In this document: positions 60,462 to 64,000 of the stretch, one piece after another
Position numbering within the stretch: position 1 is the stretch's first letter
How the letters are laid out: every line of letters starts with the position of its first letter
The notes under the pieces: generated by a model
The model's input: only the letters and a program-made list of their open reading frames with translations
Database searches by the model: none
What the model was told of the DNA's origin: nothing
Position numbers and translations under genes: made by a program
Virus record (IMG/VR): IMGVR_UViG_3300028920_000026
Location: 1 to 64,000 of that record
Source: a virus
DNA: 64,000 nucleotides
Direction: 5' to 3' (one strand)

Positions 60462-61187
60462 ATGGCAAGGACCGCAAAGGTACCCGCAAAGAAGGCAACG
60501 ACGATGACGAAGCTAGCTGATGAGATCTATGACTTCGGTGCGTGCGTCGAATCGAAGAACTACGTGGCATCGAAAAGGACGCTTCAGCAGGCGTGGGACG
60601 ATTGCACAAACCCGATGTGGATGATCAGTGCGTGGATCATCGCGCTCGTCGCAGATCCTGCTCAGATTGACGAGCTGTGTGATGCTGTGAATCGTGCATT
60701 CGACGATTATGAAGAGAAGATGGTCGATGATGCGTTGACCGCGCCGAAATGGCTGCTTGAGGAGACATTCAAAGATTTGAGATCAGTAATATGGGGGGAT
60801 GGTCCATCGCGTGCTGAAGTGCGTGAAAAAGTCAAGGAGATCTTCGATAGAGACGATTTTGACTGCAGCATGCTTCGTGAAGCATTCAATGACGCCATCA
60901 AGCGTAACTTTCCAGTAAATTTTGATCCAGATTTTGTGGAACCCAAGGATTCGTGGGATTTGTACGGCGTGTACACGTATTATGATCGTCCTTGTTTCCA
61001 CACCGTCATTAATAATGTGTTTGACGTTTTGCCCGCGGGCACCTCGATAAGTGACAAAGATATGTGTGACATCCTACGTGAGTACCTTGAATGTCCAGAG
61101 CGCTGGCTCTTTACCGAGGCACACAGGATCCTCGTAAAGGAGACGAGGCGCCGCAAGCATCAGACGCGTACCGAAACCCGCTACTGA
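60462..61187 (+). CDS. hypothetical protein
   Basis: 241-aa ORF; SD-like 'aggaggaaatcgatATG'. Confidence 0.5.
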   Translation: MARTAKVPAKKATTMTKLADEIYDFGACVESKNYVASKRTLQQAWDDCTNPMWMISAWIIALVADPAQIDELCDAVNRAFDDYEEKMVDDALTAPKWLLEETFKDLRSVIWGDGPSRAEVREKVKEIFDRDDFDCSMLREAFNDAIKRNFPVNFDPDFVEPKDSWDLYGVYTYYDRPCFHTVINNVFDVLPAGTSISDKDMCDILREYLECPERWLFTEAHRILVKETRRRKHQTRTETRY

Positions 61188-61257
61188 TCGTCCAAGCAGT
61201 CAGGAAAGACAGGTGCTCAGGTGTGCACCTCGGCTCCGTGAAGGGTAGGATGGTCGT

Positions 61258-61926
61258 ATGGTTGCACCCGAGTACAGTCTGACGCAGGTGATACCTGGCG
61301 TCTTCCTGCTGAAGTTTGATGATCATATCGAGCTCTGCGCGCACTTCCTGCGCTTCCAGGAGTTCTACGAGAGCGAGAATCCAGAGTTCTTTCGGAGGAA
61401 TTTCCAGCTTATTGACTACATCAAGCGGTATGCTCGTCGCAAGGGAAAGCGTGGAGCGTTTACGTACTTTGGTGACTGGAATGGATTCAACGTTCCGGTT
61501 GATGTGATCACCGAGCTCGTCACACAGATCCCAGATTTCAATGATCACGACCTGTTCATGGCGGGTGTCGCTCGTTGGTGTGCAACGCACACAACAGCTT
61601 CGAACAGGAAGGCATACCTCATCGGTGCCTCAAACGAGTCGAAGGAAGACACGCTTGATCACGAGTACGCTCATGGTTTCTGGTACGTCAATGATGACTA
61701 TCGGGCCGAGCAGCTGGCGAACCTAGCAGCGCTGAAGGACATCGATCCGTTGGTGTTCCTCGAGCTTCAAAGGGCACTTAAACGGATCGGCTACAACGAT
61801 GACGTCATTCCAGACGAGATGCAGGCGTTTGTCTCGACCGGCCTCCGGACGGGAATGAACGTTGACGATCAGCTGCGGATGCCTTTCATCAGGACATACA
61901 TGAGGTTCAAAACAGATGTCGATTAA
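61258..61926 (+). CDS. hypothetical protein with HExxH motif (possible Zn-metallopeptidase-like)
   Basis: 222 aa; 'LDHEYAHGFWY' contains HEYAH, with no further context. Confidence 0.4.
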   Translation: MVAPEYSLTQVIPGVFLLKFDDHIELCAHFLRFQEFYESENPEFFRRNFQLIDYIKRYARRKGKRGAFTYFGDWNGFNVPVDVITELVTQIPDFNDHDLFMAGVARWCATHTTASNRKAYLIGASNESKEDTLDHEYAHGFWYVNDDYRAEQLANLAALKDIDPLVFLELQRALKRIGYNDDVIPDEMQAFVSTGLRTGMNVDDQLRMPFIRTYMRFKTDVD

Positions 61927-62290
61927 ACTAGAGACGCGCTGGGTCGTTCCGATCTGCAGACCACGTGATGCTCGCGAATCGTGTGTCTATGCAGTCGAAA
62001 AGGACTCGTACTTTGAAGTTCACATCGACATGTACGGTGACTTTGAGGCGTCTGTTCGATGGTCTCGCGATAAGTGTGAGTTTGAAGACCTACTTCGACG
62101 TCCGTACGATCTTGTGTGTTGGGTCATAGACGCATCATCCACGGACATCGGCGTACAGATCGAGGCTGCTCTATCGGACAATGAGGTCATGTTGAACAAC
62201 GTCGCTGTCGATGTGCCAGCTTCGGAACCTAACCTGGTGCTGAGGAATTGTGGTTCCGATGATGAGCCTTCGTGTACCACGCTGCGCTAG
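61916..62290 (+). CDS. hypothetical protein
   Basis: 124-aa ORF overlapping the upstream stop. Confidence 0.4.
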   Translation: MSIKLETRWVVPICRPRDARESCVYAVEKDSYFEVHIDMYGDFEASVRWSRDKCEFEDLLRRPYDLVCWVIDASSTDIGVQIEAALSDNEVMLNNVAVDVPASEPNLVLRNCGSDDEPSCTTLR

Positions 62291-62335
62291 GTAGTATGGT
62301 AGGTCTATCACAAGGCGACCAGGGAGGTTTCAGTG

Positions 62336-62491
62336 ATGTTGGAAGGAATCGCAATGTTTTTGTTCGGGTTCACCGCCGGTATGCTTGCTCGTTCCCTATT
62401 CAAGGACGGAAAGCAGGAGCTCAGGCCCCAACCTGAGCCTCCGTGTGAGGACCTACAGCACACTCGAGCAGGAGAGCTTCGGCTCGAGTGA
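62336..62491 (+). CDS. small membrane peptide (51 aa)
   Basis: 'agggaggtttcagtgATG' strong RBS; 'MLEGIAMFLFGFTAGMLARSLF'. Confidence 0.4.
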   Translation: MLEGIAMFLFGFTAGMLARSLFKDGKQELRPQPEPPCEDLQHTRAGELRLE

Positions 62492-62558
62492 TGATGGTTC
62501 TTTTTGCTGTGTCGAAGGAGTGCGCCACGCGCATCCTCGCGTTGAAGAGGAGGGACTC

Positions 62559-62882
62559 GTGAACCTCACGGAGCTACTCACACAATTCTACTCTCGTCAG
62601 GGTTGGTTCTCCGGAATCAATCTAAATGGAGAGGCGTGCTGGAACACGAGAACACTCGCCTGCGAACACATTGAACACCAGCTGGGGAGGTCATTAACCG
62701 ACACTGAGCAGACTGTGCTCAGCCTGAGTATCGGCTACGGTCCAACACCAAGCTTGCCTCAGGACGCTCGGGAGCTGGCGTTCAAGCGACTGTGGCCAGA
62801 TTCGCCGCGCCGGATGATTGGCTACAAGACGCACCCGCCCGACCAGGTAGTCCAAGCGCTTCAAGGGAGGAGTGATGTTTGA
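62559..62882 (+). CDS. hypothetical protein
   Basis: GTG start 7 nt after 'aggaggga'; C-terminal part of ORF 62385..62882. Confidence 0.35.
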   Translation: MNLTELLTQFYSRQGWFSGINLNGEACWNTRTLACEHIEHQLGRSLTDTEQTVLSLSIGYGPTPSLPQDARELAFKRLWPDSPRRMIGYKTHPPDQVVQALQGRSDV

Positions 62883-63059
62883 CCTGTCCACTTTTGTGAT
62901 CCTTGGTGTTGTCCTAGGGATTGTCGGGGTCGCCGCCATTAATGTTGGGCGTTTTTGATGCTCGCTGTGATGCTCGCTGTGTGCGCCCGAGACTATCGTC
63001 ATCGAAATCGCACTGAATGCAACGAAGAATGTCTGCAACGCAAGGGCTAAAGAAGGCTC

Positions 63060-63446
63060 ATGGGTGAAGAATTCATCAAGAAGGTACGTGAAAGCATAAA
63101 CAGCGGGTCTTCAGACCCGAACATGTTTCAACATCCGTGCCAGGACGCTTTCGATGTGCTTTCGACCGTTTCTGACGTCATGCGGGAGTGTGGCGTCCAC
63201 GCTCGCGTGATCGACGATGCGGGACGCATCAAGCTTGTCATCTCAACGCTCAAGCGCTACGTTGAACTGATCTCCATCAACACACATACAGCATCGCCGT
63301 GGTCCGTTACGTTTGCGTCAGCAGGCAGTGTGACGGAGTGCCTCATCAAGAACAGGAGTGACCTTGAAGCGCTCTGCATTGAGTTTGCCGGATCGCTATT
63401 GTCGATCGCAAGGGGAGAGGCACGTTCGAATTCATCGTCTCAGTGA
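63060..63446 (+). CDS. hypothetical protein
   Basis: 128-aa ORF. Confidence 0.4.
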   Translation: MGEEFIKKVRESINSGSSDPNMFQHPCQDAFDVLSTVSDVMRECGVHARVIDDAGRIKLVISTLKRYVELISINTHTASPWSVTFASAGSVTECLIKNRSDLEALCIEFAGSLLSIARGEARSNSSSQ

Positions 63447-63546
63447 TCATCTGCATCATCGCGTTTGTGTGTTGGGTTCCGATCCAGCATACGTTCAACA
63501 GGCAGATGCAACGCGACATTGACGCGGCTCGGTGTGGAGGAGAGGA

Positions 63547-64000
63547 ATGACAGACAAAAAGCGACCGAAGGTTTACCTTGCTGGGCCGGACGTGTTTCGT
63601 ACAGACGCAAAGGAACATGGGCGACGACTCATCCAGGCGTGTGATGGATGGGGGTTCGAGGGCCTATACCCGCTCGACAACGAGGTAAACATCACTGGTG
63701 CCAAGTACGAAGACGGCAGAAGGATCGCAAAGGCGAATCGATTGATGATTGTAGAGTGTGATGCAGTCGTCGCGAACCTGGCACTATTCAGAGGCCCGTC
63801 TGCGGATGTTGGGACCGTCTGGGAATGTGCATATGCCTACGGACTCGGGAAGTTTGTATTCGGTTACGGGTGTGATGGTGTAAAGTACAGAGACAGGGTC
63901 ATCGGCAGCATTCCGCACGACGGCATGATCGTTGAGGATTTCAGCGCGTTCGACAACATCATAATTGAACACGCGCTCGATGAGTGGGTCCAGTTGTTCG
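63547..64000 (+). CDS. nucleoside 2-deoxyribosyltransferase-like protein (partial, runs off window end)
   Basis: 'KVYLAGPDVFRTDAKEHG...' and 'DAVVANLALFRGPSADVGTVWECAYAYGLGKFVFGY' match the NDT/Rcl family signature (YLAGP.F ... D.GT..E.G.A..LGKPV). Confidence 0.65.
   Translation, partial: MTDKKRPKVYLAGPDVFRTDAKEHGRRLIQACDGWGFEGLYPLDNEVNITGAKYEDGRRIAKANRLMIVECDAVVANLALFRGPSADVGTVWECAYAYGLGKFVFGYGCDGVKYRDRVIGSIPHDGMIVEDFSAFDNIIIEHALDEWVQLF

Overview
This 64 kb window is best read as part of a large tailed-phage (jumbo-phage-like) genome from a Gram-negative host. The evidence is prokaryotic gene packing with many ATGA/TAATG start-stop overlaps, Shine-Dalgarno sites such as aaggagg-N5-GTG, two phage-borne tRNAs, and a TM+coiled-coil / lipoprotein pair resembling i/o-spanins. 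Mean GC is about 55%, with a ~65% GC island at 28.5-33.3 kb and a ~45% GC tail at 57-60 kb. Recognisable genes are a UvdE UV-damage endonuclease, a GroEL chaperonin, an HD phosphohydrolase resembling the CCA-enzyme HD domain, tRNA-Met(CAT), tRNA-Arg(CCT), a GNAT acetyltransferase, a DUF2158/YodC-like gene, a RadA/Sak4-like recombinase ATPase, a MoxR/AAA_5 ATPase, a GT2 glycosyltransferase and a partial nucleoside 2-deoxyribosyltransferase. The most striking gene is an 870-aa major vault protein (MVP) homologue, translationally coupled to a small upstream ORF and lying next to a 94-nt tRNA-like element. A second striking feature is a family of more than 35 small paralogs sharing a '(WGW)...h-x-PGD-h-h' core motif, mostly in two minus-strand tandem arrays (22.4-26.9 kb and 53.3-60.1 kb). 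The third is a plus-strand array of about 45 tiny genes (38-53 kb) in which almost every gene carries GGTATACT-N6-ATGG at its start, often preceded by a UUCG-type hairpin; this looks like leaderless, insulated single-gene cassettes, and the array contains duplicated cassettes and decayed paralogs. All coordinates for regulatory elements were hand-counted and may be off by 1-2 nt.
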